DNA of 64,000 nucleotides from Amphiscolops sp. MND2022. Taxonomy: Eukaryota. The notes under the pieces are model-generated. The model searched no databases. It saw nothing but the letters and a program-made list of their open reading frames with translations, and was not told the origin of the DNA. The position numbers were made by a program, and so were the translations under genes. Position 1 is the first letter of the stretch. Every line of letters begins with the position of its first letter. Shown one piece after another: positions 51,801 to 63,926 of the stretch. The DNA lies in the NCBI GenBank assembly GCA_964187785.1, contig OZ076413.1, forward strand, positions 65,038,001-65,102,000. The letters run 5' to 3'.

Positions 51801-54800
51801 CTTCAGTGGATTTACAACCACAGAGTGGAAAATTATTTTCGAATATGGGAGGAAAAAACTGACCGCCAAAAAATGTGCAGTTGCTTATGGATGGAACCCA
51901 AAACTTTGTATGCAACTTTTCAGCGGTTTCAGAGAATTCGCACCAAAATCCGATTGCTTTTGCTAGATTTATAACTGTCTCTGTGAATGAAATAGTTTTC
52001 ATGAAAAACTGTGTATGGGGTGATTCTTGTGTGCATTCTTGAACAAACGCCAATAAAATGGTTGCCGCTAAATCAATTCGCTAATAAAACCTCTGCTTCG
52101 CTAATTCGCTAACCCACTAATTAGCGGTGTCATAACACTGCTAATGGGACTCTTATAAGGACTGCAAGGAGGCTCTGCACCTTGGAGCGTAGTTGATACC
52201 TTTTCATAAGAATTCCCGACCCCCCCCCCAGCAGTTTGGGATTCAAACATATTGCTCCATGGCATCAGTACGCACGATCCCTTTCAACCGTTTAGTAAAG
52301 AATGGGAGAATTTGACAAAATTGGTGTCATCTTTTCGCTAGACTGATTGTTTCTGTTCCGTTGTCAAATATCCATTTCAAGAAACATTTTATTTTAAACT
52401 TATCACACAAAACCGCCACTAGATTTTTTCATTTTCGAAAAATGAAACATTGATTCCTTCTCGAAAGTGAAACAAAATCTCGGAATCAGCTCCACTTAAA
52501 CTATTTTAAAGGTACAGTCAACTACGTTTAACTCGTATCCGAATAATTCGGATCTCCGTTTAATTCGTATGCATCCGAGACCCCCATTTCGCGACGACCA
52601 AAGCAATACCATCCGATTAATTTGTATTTCTCCTTATTCGTACTAATTCATTGGGTCTCTAGCGATACGAATTCAACTAACTACAGTTGACTTTCTCACC
52701 TGGTTCTCAGTGTCTGGCCAATAGGGAGTCTCCTTCTTCTGTCCGTCCATGGGCAGGTCTCCGATGTAGACCAGGTAGGAGATCCTGTGCTGCAGCACCA
52801 TCCACCAGAAAGTCTTGTGCTTCACCTCGTAAGGCAGGTCTGTGACTATGAACCTGCAAACAAAACCATCGATACATGTAACAATATGCAGGCACAGTGC
52901 TCATCAATTGATCATCAATGACATATGATAGTCTGCAGCACAACGAGATGTATGATAAATCCAACCACCACCCACCAAGCTAAACAGGTTTTAGGGCTGT
53001 CAAAATTGCACCAGGTTTGAACAAAACAGCCTTTTCATCATGGAAATGTTTGAAATGTTCAAGCAATGAAGCAACTACTACGACTGTAGGGATGGGAAAC
53101 GCGCCCTTTTTTTCCTAGATAGACTGTTTTGTGAGAAAAATTAAACGGTTTTTTCTTGCATGGAAGTGTTTATTTCTTCCAAAACCATTATTTTTGTTCA
53201 GTTGGCGATACAAAAATTAATAAATGGCGAGACACCTTTTTGACGCCGAGACGGATTTTTCGAGTCCGGTACGTCATTACCAATGTCGAGAAATTAAAAC
53301 CTTTCCATTGAAATTCATTCAAGTCATCCCAAACATTAATTTATACGAAATATTATATCAAATGTCTTAAATACTTCTCTTAAAGATTTCTCGTAACATC
53401 CACTACAATCGTTTTTTTCTTCAACCAATTTTTTAAAATGTTTTTTTAACATGCTCATTTCAATGGTGTTAATTTTTTTTCATTTTGACAAACATTTTGA
53501 ACTTTTATCCACCTTTCTAATATGAACAAGTTTTAACAGACAGACCAGGAGGATAATGTTTAAAGCCCGTGCAATGAAGCCTTGCTTTAACCGAATAGAG
53601 ACTCAACGAATTGAATCTTGTTTCAGTATTTCTTTCATAGGGCGCAGCGATGAACATTTGAATACAGTACAATTAGCAATTTAAATTATCATTTATATTT
53701 CAATTGATTCAAAGAAACTCTGTTTAAATGGAGCAATTTAAATTGCCAATTTGAATTTAAATATTGAAGAAATGTACTTTTTCACAAATTTTGAATGCGT
53801 AAATCGATAATAAATCGTTGTAAATTCCTGTACCAGAATACCGTTACACTTTCCAAGTAGCAACTATTGCTTTCAGTAACCCTCGCAAGCAATTGCTAAA
53901 GGAGACTTTTTGAAAATCTCAGAGAGCCAAAATTTCGAGTCAACGCTTTAACAATCAAACGTGTTGTGCTCTTCAAAATTTCATTTCCCCGCCCAATTTA
54001 AATTTCAGTTCATATTTGTTCTCTTGGAAATTCTAAATTAAAATTAAAATATCATTCTAAAAAATATATAAATGAACATCACTGGGTGCAGCGCCAGTAT
54101 GAATAAAATACATGTACACCGTTTCCGCGTTCAGTGAAGGGTGTCCGGACATTACGCCCAAGGACATTACGCCCAAAACGGACATTACGCCCAAATGTAA
54201 ATTACGCACAAAGAAATTACGATAATGTAATCAGCTATGCTCACATACCCCTAGTGCCCTAAATGCAGGAGCGAAGCGGAGCGACGTGCCAATATGGCCA
54301 TGCCTCAATGTTGCTACTTGGCGAAGGGAGCGAAGCGACCGAGCCATACAACAAACATGCTAACCTCTTCAAATAATAACCTGAAAAAAATCGCCGCTAT
54401 TCTCTTTGAATAGCCTAATTTCCTTGGGCGTAATTTCCGTTTGGGCGTAATTTCCTTGGGCGTAATGTCCTTGGGCGTAATGTCTTTGGGCGTAATGTCC
54501 TAGAACCTCAGTGAAGCATATCAGATGTTAAATGAACAAACAATAGAAATTGATTGGCTTGCTGCAGCAAATCTCAACTGAAGTGAACGAAATGGTAGCT
54601 TGAATGAAAGCTTTATTTGCTCAAAACAGAATAGTGCGGGCAGTATCTTCATCGATGCTGAGCCAATAACTAGCCAAATAATGAAATCTTGGCCAATTTC
54701 AATACTTTGCTTCACTTGACAGCTAATATGGTTTACATAGCTTGTAGCGATTGTGAAGCGATTTCAATTTGGAGGCCTGTGATCGGCTCGAATTGTTGAA

Positions 54801-57800
54801 CGATAGAAAGAGACTGTTCACTTAACATCTGATATGCTTCACTAAACGTGGAAACGGTGTATAATACAGTCTGTTACGGCAAAATTGACAAAGTTTTTCA
54901 AATCAAGTTTTATGAAGAACAAGTGACTGAACTTCATACCAACCGGAAGCTCTGATTTCCCGAAACTTGGATGAGCAAGATCTGGCCTAATTTCTGTTGA
55001 TTAAGACTTAGCCGCGTTGTTGATCACTTGTAAAATGTAAAAAATTGGTTTCTATTTTGTTGGTAAAGCGTAATAAAAATGTACAAATTGTTGTCAATTT
55101 TGCCGTAAGAGACTGTAAATGCTGCTGCAACAATGATGATAACTCGCCTACCTTTTGAGCTCGTCGTTGAAGCCGCAGATCCAAGAAGCGTTCAAGTAGG
55201 AGCTGTACACTTCGTGCACAATGTCGGCGGGGAACCTGACGAAGTTGTACTTGTAAGGAACCTTCTGGAAGTCCCTGGGAAAGGTCTCTTCCCTCCCGTT
55301 GTAATCTCCCTTCTCCTTCTCCAAGTGGTGCTCACGGTACTTTTCCACGAATTCTATGTCCTGTCAAACGAACAGTCACAAGATTCCGTTAGATATATCC
55401 ACTACACGATAAAATCAAGAGAGCTACATTGAAATGTGAAGTCATAAAACTTTGGGATTGAAAAAAGTTGGAATTGAAGATGATTGGATTTTAAAGAGGG
55501 TTGTTCAATTTTGAATTATATTGAAGATAAAAATACATATAGAACTATTAGGAATAAAACAAGAAAGTATCAACTAGCAATATTTGCGAGTTAGCAAAAA
55601 GGTGAGAACCTTAGCGCAAAAATACCTTGCAAAGAATTTTGCTTTAGCTGAAGCAAGACAGCGATTTTCAGCAACTTGACAAAAAGCTTTCACAGAGAAC
55701 CCAGAGTAACGTAAACTCAGAGAACCCAGATTGCTGCTGAACTCTGGCTGATTTGTGTAGGGGGTGTTTTGCATGATTAGGGGGGGGGGGTGCCAAATAG
55801 GTGTAGCCTTAACCTGTAGTTGCTGGAGGATGTTGGCTTTGATGGAGTGAGGAGGGGTGACCCCGGTGACACCTGTTGCTGTTGTTGTGCCGAATGAGGA
55901 GTTGAGGATGTTTGAGAGGGTGAGTCTGCTCCTAGTGAAGAGGATGTGTTCCAACAGTGCCTGGTGGATGAATCTGTACTGACACACCTTCTGCACAAAC
56001 TTCTTCCTCTGAGCTCGCAGTTGCCACACAAACTTGTGCACGTCTACCCTCCCGTCTCTCTCCAGCAGGTCCCGCAGGTAGTTGGACGCTATGAACGTCC
56101 CTGTACGCCCAATGCCCGCTCTAAACAATACAACACCCATGTCAAAAGATCACTTTCAGTAATTTGAAGAGACTACTTTTGATAAGTAATTAAAAGTAGT
56201 AGCCAACAGTAGGCCGCTTGTAAGTGAAGGCGCAAAAGCGACGTAATATCCGAATTAGGCAGATAGCGAAAGCGACGACGGAAAGAAGTTAATTTAACCG
56301 GATAGCATGAGATAAACAACACAAAAGTATATCTCTTAATCAAAATAATCGTTAGTACACAAGACGAGCATAATGACTTTCACCAACTTGCATGCTATCT
56401 TGCTCGATTAGATGTTTAGGCACAAAAATATAGACTGAAAAGTTCTTTATTGTCAGTGATGTATACGTCGTTAACAAGTTTTATATGTTTTTTCAATTGC
56501 TCTTGGCTCAAATTTATCAAGTTAGGTGGCATGGGGTTTAATTCAGTCAACCAATTATAAGCTTTCATTGAAGAATTTGCTAAACATTTTTTTAAATTAC
56601 AGTTCGAGATTGGTGCGAAAAGTCTTTGAATTCCATCTTGTTGTCGTGTTGGATTTGAGCAATTTCTGGAAATCTAGGAGTCTCAATGGAAAAAAAGATA
56701 TCACCCTTTAAAAACTTCAGAAACCACTTCGTTTATACATAACTCGTAAATAGTATTGAAATTTGCGCCACCTCATTGGCCGGAACTTTTATTTTCATAG
56801 GCCCTTGAGCAGCAATATTTCTGCATTGAGATACAACCTTTAACTTCAAAGTTCAATAATAACAAGACGAGAACGTCTAAAGTCGGCGCTATATCTAAGG
56901 CTCAAAAAGCGCAAAACATTTTTGGAAAAAAACTTGAAAAGGGACCCTTTTTGATTTATGAACATGCATTCTGTTGCAAAATAACAAAAAACTCAAAGGG
57001 GGGACCCTTTGGGACATTAAAAAAAATTTCGAAAAAAAGTCGCAGTGCCGAAAAAAATCAAAAAGGGGGAACCTTTAGCAGGGATTGGAACTCCATAATG
57101 GCCATAACCATATATGGCCATAAATAAATGGAAATTATTTATGGCTGCACTGAGAAAAATGGACATTATGTATGGTAGCTCTGCCATAATGGCACCATAT
57201 TTTTCTTTTCTCTGGAAATTCATTTCGATTCTCTCAGATAGGGTCATGGATCTGCAAAACAAATCTGTTGTAGACATCTTCTTTACCCCTCTCAGTGATA
57301 TGTTCAAATGCACCTGCAATAAGAGGGTGAAAGTATCTGAGTGAACGAGCCGAAATCGTGGATAATCCTCAGTTTGAAGCTGCTATTGTTAAATCTTTCA
57401 CTGTCCCTTATGAAGATCTGAAACTGGCAGAGAAAGTTCACCTGGGGCGCTTCAGAGCCCAACAGGAAGCCAGTCATTCCAACGCTGACGTTGAAACGGG
57501 CCACAAGTCGTTCGCGGAGTCCGTACTCCTCTCTTCAGAACCGGTCCCTGCTTCAAAAACGATGATGAAGCTTCATTGGGTTCCTCCAACTTCCAATATT
57601 GTAGAACGTCTGTTCAGTAAGGCTAAAAACATCCGAACACCCCTGCGAAACAGGATCCTTCCAGTGAATTTTGAGGAGAATCTGTACCTGGCTGTGAATA
57701 AAAACTACTGGGACGTCGAAACTCTCGCTTGTCGTGAACAGTGATTGAAGTTTTCGGAAATGTTTGATTCAATTCATCATTTGTCTCTTGTTTTCTGACA

Positions 57801-60800
57801 CCATATATATGGCCATTATTTATGGCTTCCTTCAAAAATGTGGAGATAATTATGGGGGTCTTTTTCAGGTACCATTTATATGGCCATACCATAATTCCAA
57901 TCCCTGACCTTTAGTCTCGGCCGGTTTTGTAGGTTATGTTAAAAAAGTAAAAATGAAAGGAGGGACCCTTTGGAGACAGAAAAAAATTTCGAAAAAAAGT
58001 CGCATAGTGCCGAAAAAAATCGAAAGGGGGACTCTTTAGTCCCGTCCGGTTTTGTAGGTTACCTTGAAAAAGTAAAAAAAAAAACGAAAGGGGGACCCTT
58101 TGCACTAAGTTTGCCCCTTGGCCGGACTTGGCACCTTAGGTGGTTTCAGGATTGTTTCTAAAAAGTGGACCGATCAGTGTGAGGATTGTAGTCTGAAGAA
58201 AAAAAAGGTCACTGCTATAGTCGGGCATTTATTTTTCCTTAGAAGGATAAAGCGCCGACTAAAAAGGTCACTGCTATAGTCGGGCATTTTTCCTTAAAAG
58301 GATAAAGCGCCGACGAAAAACAAATGAAATAACACTACTGTCGATTCTTTATATGGTAGCCCACAAACAATTACTGTGCCAGTTTACAACGCCTTTGATT
58401 CTCAGACTAAAGGATAGTAAACACCCGTTCGCTTCATATCAATCAAAGCACTGCCTCGCTGCTACGACAAAAAAACTAGTTAAAGACTTGGATTAGCACA
58501 TGATAATTGGCTAACGAAGTGGGTCAATACCTAGGTCTTGAAAAAATCACATTACGGCTGCTATAACATTTCAGCTCACGCCGAAATATTAACAACCGTG
58601 CCAGAGTTATCTGGCATCAGAAGCGTTGACACGCATTATCACAGTATTCTAGAAATGTTACTCTCTGGCTTCCCAAAAACGTTGTCAAGTGCTAAGCGTT
58701 TCATCCTACACTAGTACAAAGGCGTAACAGATTAAGTTCGATAAAATTACAGAATTTGCAGTAGCTAAAATTCAAATACGCTGAGCTAAACTGTTTCCTC
58801 AAAAAGCGCCGGTTAAACGTTAGGGATCCAGTCACAAGCGCAACAAGTTATAAAGGCGTTTTTTGGTAATCATTAGGAAAATTCCATGTTAATGTCGGAC
58901 AAAGCACTCAAGAAAATAGATATCAAGGAGAAGATTTTACTTGATTATCAGCGTTAAAACTTCCGACACCCGATAAACACTCTTTCGCATCACTAGTCTT
59001 TGATAGAGTTTACGAACATTGGAACTTAGTAACTTCAATCTTCTGAGCACTTTTAACGTTGCTTCAATTCAACATCACTGCAACCAAGACTCAATTCATA
59101 CGTCCAAACGTGTTTTCAATACAAGCCTTGAGACAGCGCTGACTACACCAAAAAGAAGTAGGCAAAGTTCATTTTCTCGACTGAGTTGAAACCAAATTCA
59201 CATCATTAGTTATTCAGATCAAAAATAGAGTCTAGTATGTCGACATACGGCATTTCTGTATAAAAGGATGTTATATGATTTGTATGTTGAATGATTTAAA
59301 TAGTTTCATTCAAAGTATGTTATATCTGCCCAAAATATCGACAGCAGTGATTTTTCTACGGTTAATCTAAAACAATTATCTATGCTCCCCAAAATCACTT
59401 TTCTGCTTCATTCCAACTTGTTTTTAAAGCGGAACCTTATTTCTGGTTACATGCAAGGGGCTACCACCACAGTAGTGAAAATTGTTACGTATTACTGTGT
59501 TTTGTAACACATCAAACTACATGTATTTATATAAAACAGACATACATACACACATACAAACATTAGTGTTTCCTGAAAGTAAAAGTCCGACTGAGGTTCA
59601 TACTCTTTCATGTAGTAGTACCGATCCCAGAACCCCCCCCCCCTCTTAGTTAAGCAGCCCAGGCATGTCACCGGGTAGGAGTCGCATATACTACATGGCA
59701 TTAGTTCAGTTCACTTGAGTACAACATGAAATTGTACAGTGTAATCACGGACAAGCCAAGCAAACTTGAAGTGAACCACCAGCAGCAGTAATAAAGCAGC
59801 TATACACAGTAAAGTACAGTAGGCACCTCACATGCCAGTAACACCACACAACAGGGTAAACAAACTGGACATCGACTATATATGGAGAAGACACGTCAAA
59901 TAACGGGCCATGGTAGGCATAATCTTATCAAAAACACTTCTTGCACTTCTAAGAACACCAACATTGTTGTAAGAGAGAAGCTATGATGTGAAAGATAGAA
60001 ACGCTAGAAATCAATAAATCAAGTCATTAATATTCTGCATTCTCAACGTCATCAAAGTTTGAGCTTTGTATTTCAAAAACTTCTGAAGTCCTTTCCCACT
60101 ACATGTAGTGCAGGTATTGATAGATGCATTCCTAGCATATGTTGAAGAAGATAATCTAGCATCCAGCAATGATACAGTTATTAACCAACAGGAGGTTGAT
60201 TAGAAAAGTATTTAAAATATCTTCCTTAAGGAAGGCTATTTGATATATTTTTCATATTTTCTAAGGTATAAATTACTTCAAGAACTTGAAAGCCATTTTA
60301 TACAGAAAACTATTATTCAATAAACGAAACAAGGTTAAAAAATTATCGGGTAAAAGAGAAACTCCCATTAGATTTTCAGAAAAATTTCAATAGCTCCGAA
60401 AACAACAATTGAGGAAAAACCATAAAAAAGAAGGAAAATTCGGGGCGTCCGCTAATTCACTGATTAGCGATTTCAAAACCCTGAGGTGAACATTGTTTTC
60501 GTACGCACGGGACTTCCTATGAAGTATGAAGTAACAAGACGGGAACGTCCAAAATTGGCGCTATATCAAAGGCTCAAAAAGCGCCGACTAAAAACTATAC
60601 AAAAAAGTAAAAAGTGCATTAGTTACCTGCAATGTACAAGGACAGGACACTCGGGCATGTCATGATAACTCATGGCGGTGTCCATGAAGGACCAGAAGCT
60701 GCTGGTGTCGGTGGGGATGCCGTAGTCGTTCCACATGGTGAAGTGGAAGTGGTGCACAATCTTCGTCTCCCCGGGCTCGAACTGACACCCACCCCCGCCG

Positions 60801-63800
60801 GAACCCCCACTGCCCTCGCTGCTCGCCCTGCTTCCTCGTCTCCCATCTGCACCGTCGGGCAGCGGGGAGTCATCGTCGTTGTCGAGACCCTCGATCAGGA
60901 CACCATCCGAATTGGAACTCTTCTTCACTGGTGTCTGAAACAACAGGAGAATAACAAGACACCCGCTAAGCACCGGGATATTTTCCGCTCAAAATGTAAC
61001 GCATCAGCCCGGGTTCGAACCCACGACTTCGTATCTGTCAGGCAGACACACTACCAACTGCGCCATGGTGACTAGATTTTACTAAGTAACTAGAATAGTC
61101 AAGTAACTAAAATAGTCGAGTAACTATAAGTGAGGTGAAACTGGGAGATTTGGCAGAATTCGGAAAAAAACCCAAAACAGATCATGATTTTCCTCCCCCA
61201 TTTATGTGGGCGGAAAATAACGCAACTCAGATCATGATTTTCCTCCCCCATTTATGTGGGCGGAAAATAATAAATCACACCATATGAACAACACCAAATG
61301 CCAAGTCAGGTTCAAAAAAATGTACATTAGATCTTTTTGGCAAGGTAAGGGCATGGGGCTGTGTTTAGGTTTCATTTGTTGACAACTTCAATTTAGGGCG
61401 TCTGCTGGCACCAGAAACGAGAGTAACGGGAAATAATCAAGAACATTGAATGAAAGTTGCTAAAACTTGACTCCGACTCCAAGTTTGTCATCATTTTTCA
61501 GACTTTTCAAGACTGAGATTTTGATGCTTTTCTGCCCTCACCATCAAAATTTTTTGAGGCAAGTTTCAAACTGGCCTAATTAAAAGTTAACTTCTAATGG
61601 ATGTTTTTCGATTGAACAAAACATTTTTCACTCACTTTGACTGTGATTATGTTCGAAATAACCGTTTTTGTGACTCAAAAAAGGAAGTAGATTTTTTTTT
61701 CTGATCAAGAATGCGTGACTTCATAAAGAGAAATAGTGAGAAAAAAGTCTGTATCTAGGATCCTCAGCTGTCACTTTGAGGTTAAATTTAAAGTTGAAGG
61801 TTTCTTTCTTGGTTTTTAGTATTTGCATTTTAATTTTTTAAATATTTTTTGAAAAAAGGCAGGGGGCAAAAGAATCAATGCCACAAGGATATTTTGCAAG
61901 AACAGAGCGGCTATCCTACTGTAGGTTCGTTTGTAAAGAGAAACTATCTTTCATAAGACCCAGTAGATCATGGATAGTGATATGATAATCTTCAGGAAAC
62001 TACATTGTTGATCTAGTAGACCGTTTTGGGGGCACAAACCTAGAAGCTAAAAGCTTTGATTTGATAGAAATATGAATTTCAAAGCTTCATAGATGTATGT
62101 TCAAATACACCTTAAATAGACCTTCTACACTTTGCATCAAAACCAACAAAATAATCATCCTCAAAGCCTAACTAAAACGTATTCCTCAAATTCTAACATT
62201 CAAATCCCCAACAAACCCAAACAAAAACCCAACAAATCCAATAAACCTCTGCTTTGAACATGGGACACGAAATTAACAAGTTGCACATGACAAAAAATCA
62301 AAGATCTTACAAAATTGTTTGAAGAGTCAGCCAAACTAGGAACAGCACTTGCGAGATCATGACAGGCCAACAGAACCGAGCATGAAGCTGACTTTGATTC
62401 TGCAAGGAGACATGTTTGATCAAACAAAGCATCAAGATCAAGTCAAGACGCTTGCAAGTTATTATAAGTTATTATAAACACCAGCACTTAGCTAGCTATC
62501 ACTACTTTCATGGTCGTCATCTCAAGCCATCTCATAAAACATCACTCAAACTTCTTGAGAACCGAACCGACTCGACCTAGTCGTTAAATTCGAGAGCACC
62601 AATCAAAATGAAGCAAGAAGCACATCTGAACTGGAAATGACGAAAACCGAGTGAGGCTTGGGAAAACAGCGGTCATGACTTTGAGATTCTCCAGAATAAA
62701 CGCGGAACAAGAGCCTACTTTCTTGTCTTGACATAACGCGACTGTGGCAGCCTTCATAGACTAGTTTATCATCAATGCAAACTGGAGGTATTGGTTTATG
62801 GGAGCTATAACATAAAAAGCGGAGGAGCCGAGATTGTTGGGTGTCCCCATTAGACAAGCCCAGTAATGAAGATCCCAAGGATATTAAAATGCAAACACGA
62901 ATCCTCTGCTTCAAGCACAAACAAAGGGCGGGTCCGTCTTCGGCCGTAGGCAGACACCATCGACAGAATCGATATAACATCATGAAATAGCTCCTTGCCT
63001 TTACAATCAGGTTATAATACAATTATACGAGCAACAGTTAAAACAACTTGTCGCATATCTTCAAATAAACATCTCGGCTTAGCTAGCTACTTCAGTGATA
63101 TCACTGTGACAGATTTCAGGGCTGAGCTTCAAGCAACGCCAATCGATGGAGAGCACCCACAGTTGAAGCTGTGTTGTTGAGAGCATTGCAACAGCAAGGG
63201 AGTTTTCACGCGGAATTAGTTCAACGGTAGCTACAAACTAAACTGTCTAATATGAATGTGAAAAACTAGTTTGGAACTTTTCGACTCCATCTGAAAAAAA
63301 CCATTGGAACAAAATTCCACGAGTTAAAGAGTTTTCAACGTTCGGTGCTAGTTTCTACTCAAGATTCATCTTTACTCAGTTCATTTTGGGGGTGACTAAA
63401 GGAGTATGTGAAAAAATACATCAACAAAAATCCAATTGAAAACTAACTCCAAAACCAGTAGATGGTCTGGCACGAATGGTTTAGTATCATTTCACCCCAC
63501 ATTCATTTCACCCCACATTTAAATTATCCAATGCGTCTCATATTAATGAATACTGCCACACGATTTCAATCTTAGCGCTAAAAGAAAAGCGTCTTGAATC
63601 TTATTACCAAATAGATAACCGAACGATGCTAGCTATGTGAATAACGAAAACGGAACCCAAAAGTTTCAAAAGATGCAAACCAAGATGTAATCTAATGTGG
63701 GGGGGGACTGGGGGCATGATGAAGAAGTAGGAGACAGGGTGGGGAGGGTTTGGGCGGAGGTGTCAATACTAATACTAACGAAGGTGACTTGAAAGACTCT

Positions 63801-63926
63801 GTGGTCCATGTAGGAGTAGATGGAGCGTTTGTCGGTCATGGTGACCGTGTAGTTGCCGTACACCTGCGTGCCCCCCTCGTGGTCATCGAAGTCCGGCCAG
63901 TACTGCACGCCGTCCTTGCCACTTGC
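45836..63926 (-). CDS. Tandem-domain classical (receptor-type-like) protein tyrosine phosphatase, 3' part: D1 + D2 + C-terminal tail, 10 exons
   Basis: Exons 63780-63926, 60627-60935, 55814-56120, 55152-55360, 52700-52853, 51307-51546, 50315-50676, 49068-49215, 46975-47231 and 45836-46097 join in frame with matching phases. D1 motifs: QYWP, HHFHFTMWNDYG, VHCRAGIGRTG, RAQRKKFVQKVCQY. D2 motifs: YLNASWI, FWWMV, YWP, VVQCLTGGLRSALFCAI. The acceptor at 50677 is a rare GAG and is less certain. Confidence 0.9.
47952..48040 (+). mobile_element. tRNA-derived SINE-like head (degenerate)
   Basis: A-box TGGCTCAGTGGTTAG (47959) and B-box-like GGATCGAAAAC (48009), followed by a T-run; no closed cloverleaf. 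Confidence 0.5.
49459..49961. repeat. Inverted-repeat element with (CAT)n/(GAT)n inside the arms
   Basis: TTTCAATACTATC / GATAGTATTGAAA and ATTGAATATAGTGTTTCTCAT..(CAT)n / (GAT)n..GAGAAACACTATATTCAAT; no TSD found. Confidence 0.55.
51713..52140. mobile_element. hAT-type MITE
   Basis: TIR CAGGGTTTTGACATCGCTAA / CAGTGTTATGACACCGCTAA; degenerate 8-bp TSD CTGATGGA/CTAATGGG; subterminal CGCTAA repeats. Confidence 0.65.
52515..52693. mobile_element. Tc1/pogo-type MITE next to a PTP splice donor
   Basis: TA|CAGTCAACT ... AGTTGACT; the right end is degenerate and lies ~5 bp from the GT at 52699. Confidence 0.5.
54117..54859. mobile_element. Tc1/mariner-type MITE interrupted in its left TIR
   Basis: TIR CACCGTTTCC(G/A)CGTT(C/T)AGTGAAGCATATCAGATGTTAA; TA at 54115-16 and 54860-61. 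Confidence 0.88.
54140..54507. mobile_element. Mutator(MULE)-like MITE with repetitive TIRs
   Basis: 9-bp TSD TCAGTGAAG (54131-39, 54508-16); arms built from GGACATTACGCCCAA repeats. Confidence 0.88.
54867..55115. mobile_element. Tc1/mariner-type MITE
   Basis: TIR CAGTCT(G/C)TTACGGCAAAATTGACAA; TA at 54865-66 and 55116-17. Confidence 0.85.
56861..58320 (+). mobile_element. Helentron/DINE-1-like non-autonomous repeat (hosts the hAT insertion; 3' end duplicated)
   Basis: 5' AACAAGACGAGAACG..AGTCGGCGCT and 3' GTCACTGCTATAGTCG..AGCGCCGACT (subterminal inverted repeat). Related copies at ~5490-5965 (minus), ~32245, ~50840-51205 and 60533-60595. Confidence 0.55.
57079..57906 (+). mobile_element. 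hAT internal-deletion derivative retaining the transposase C-terminus
   Basis: TIR CAGGGATTGGAA; perfect 8-bp TSD ACCTTTAG (57071-78, 57907-14); TATGGCCATA subterminal repeats; ORF 57358-57744 with PPTSNIVERLFSKAK..R..P..FE..LYLAVN..YW. Confidence 0.93.
61001..61072 (-). mobile_element. tRNA(Val-like)-derived SINE head or tRNA pseudogene
   Basis: A-box TGGCGCAGTTGG and B-box GGTTCGAACCC, with TCTGCCTGACA in the anticodon region; acceptor and anticodon stems do not pair. Confidence 0.55.

Noticed and set aside
58380-59200. Coding-like stretch (also 62200-63200 and 35600-36400)
   Set aside because: There are multiple stops in all frames and no recognisable motifs.
61001-61072. Functional tRNA gene
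   Set aside because: The acceptor and anticodon stems do not pair; it is treated as SINE/pseudogene.
61188-61271. ~50-bp local tandem duplication
   Set aside because: It is an ordinary small intronic duplication with no further structure.
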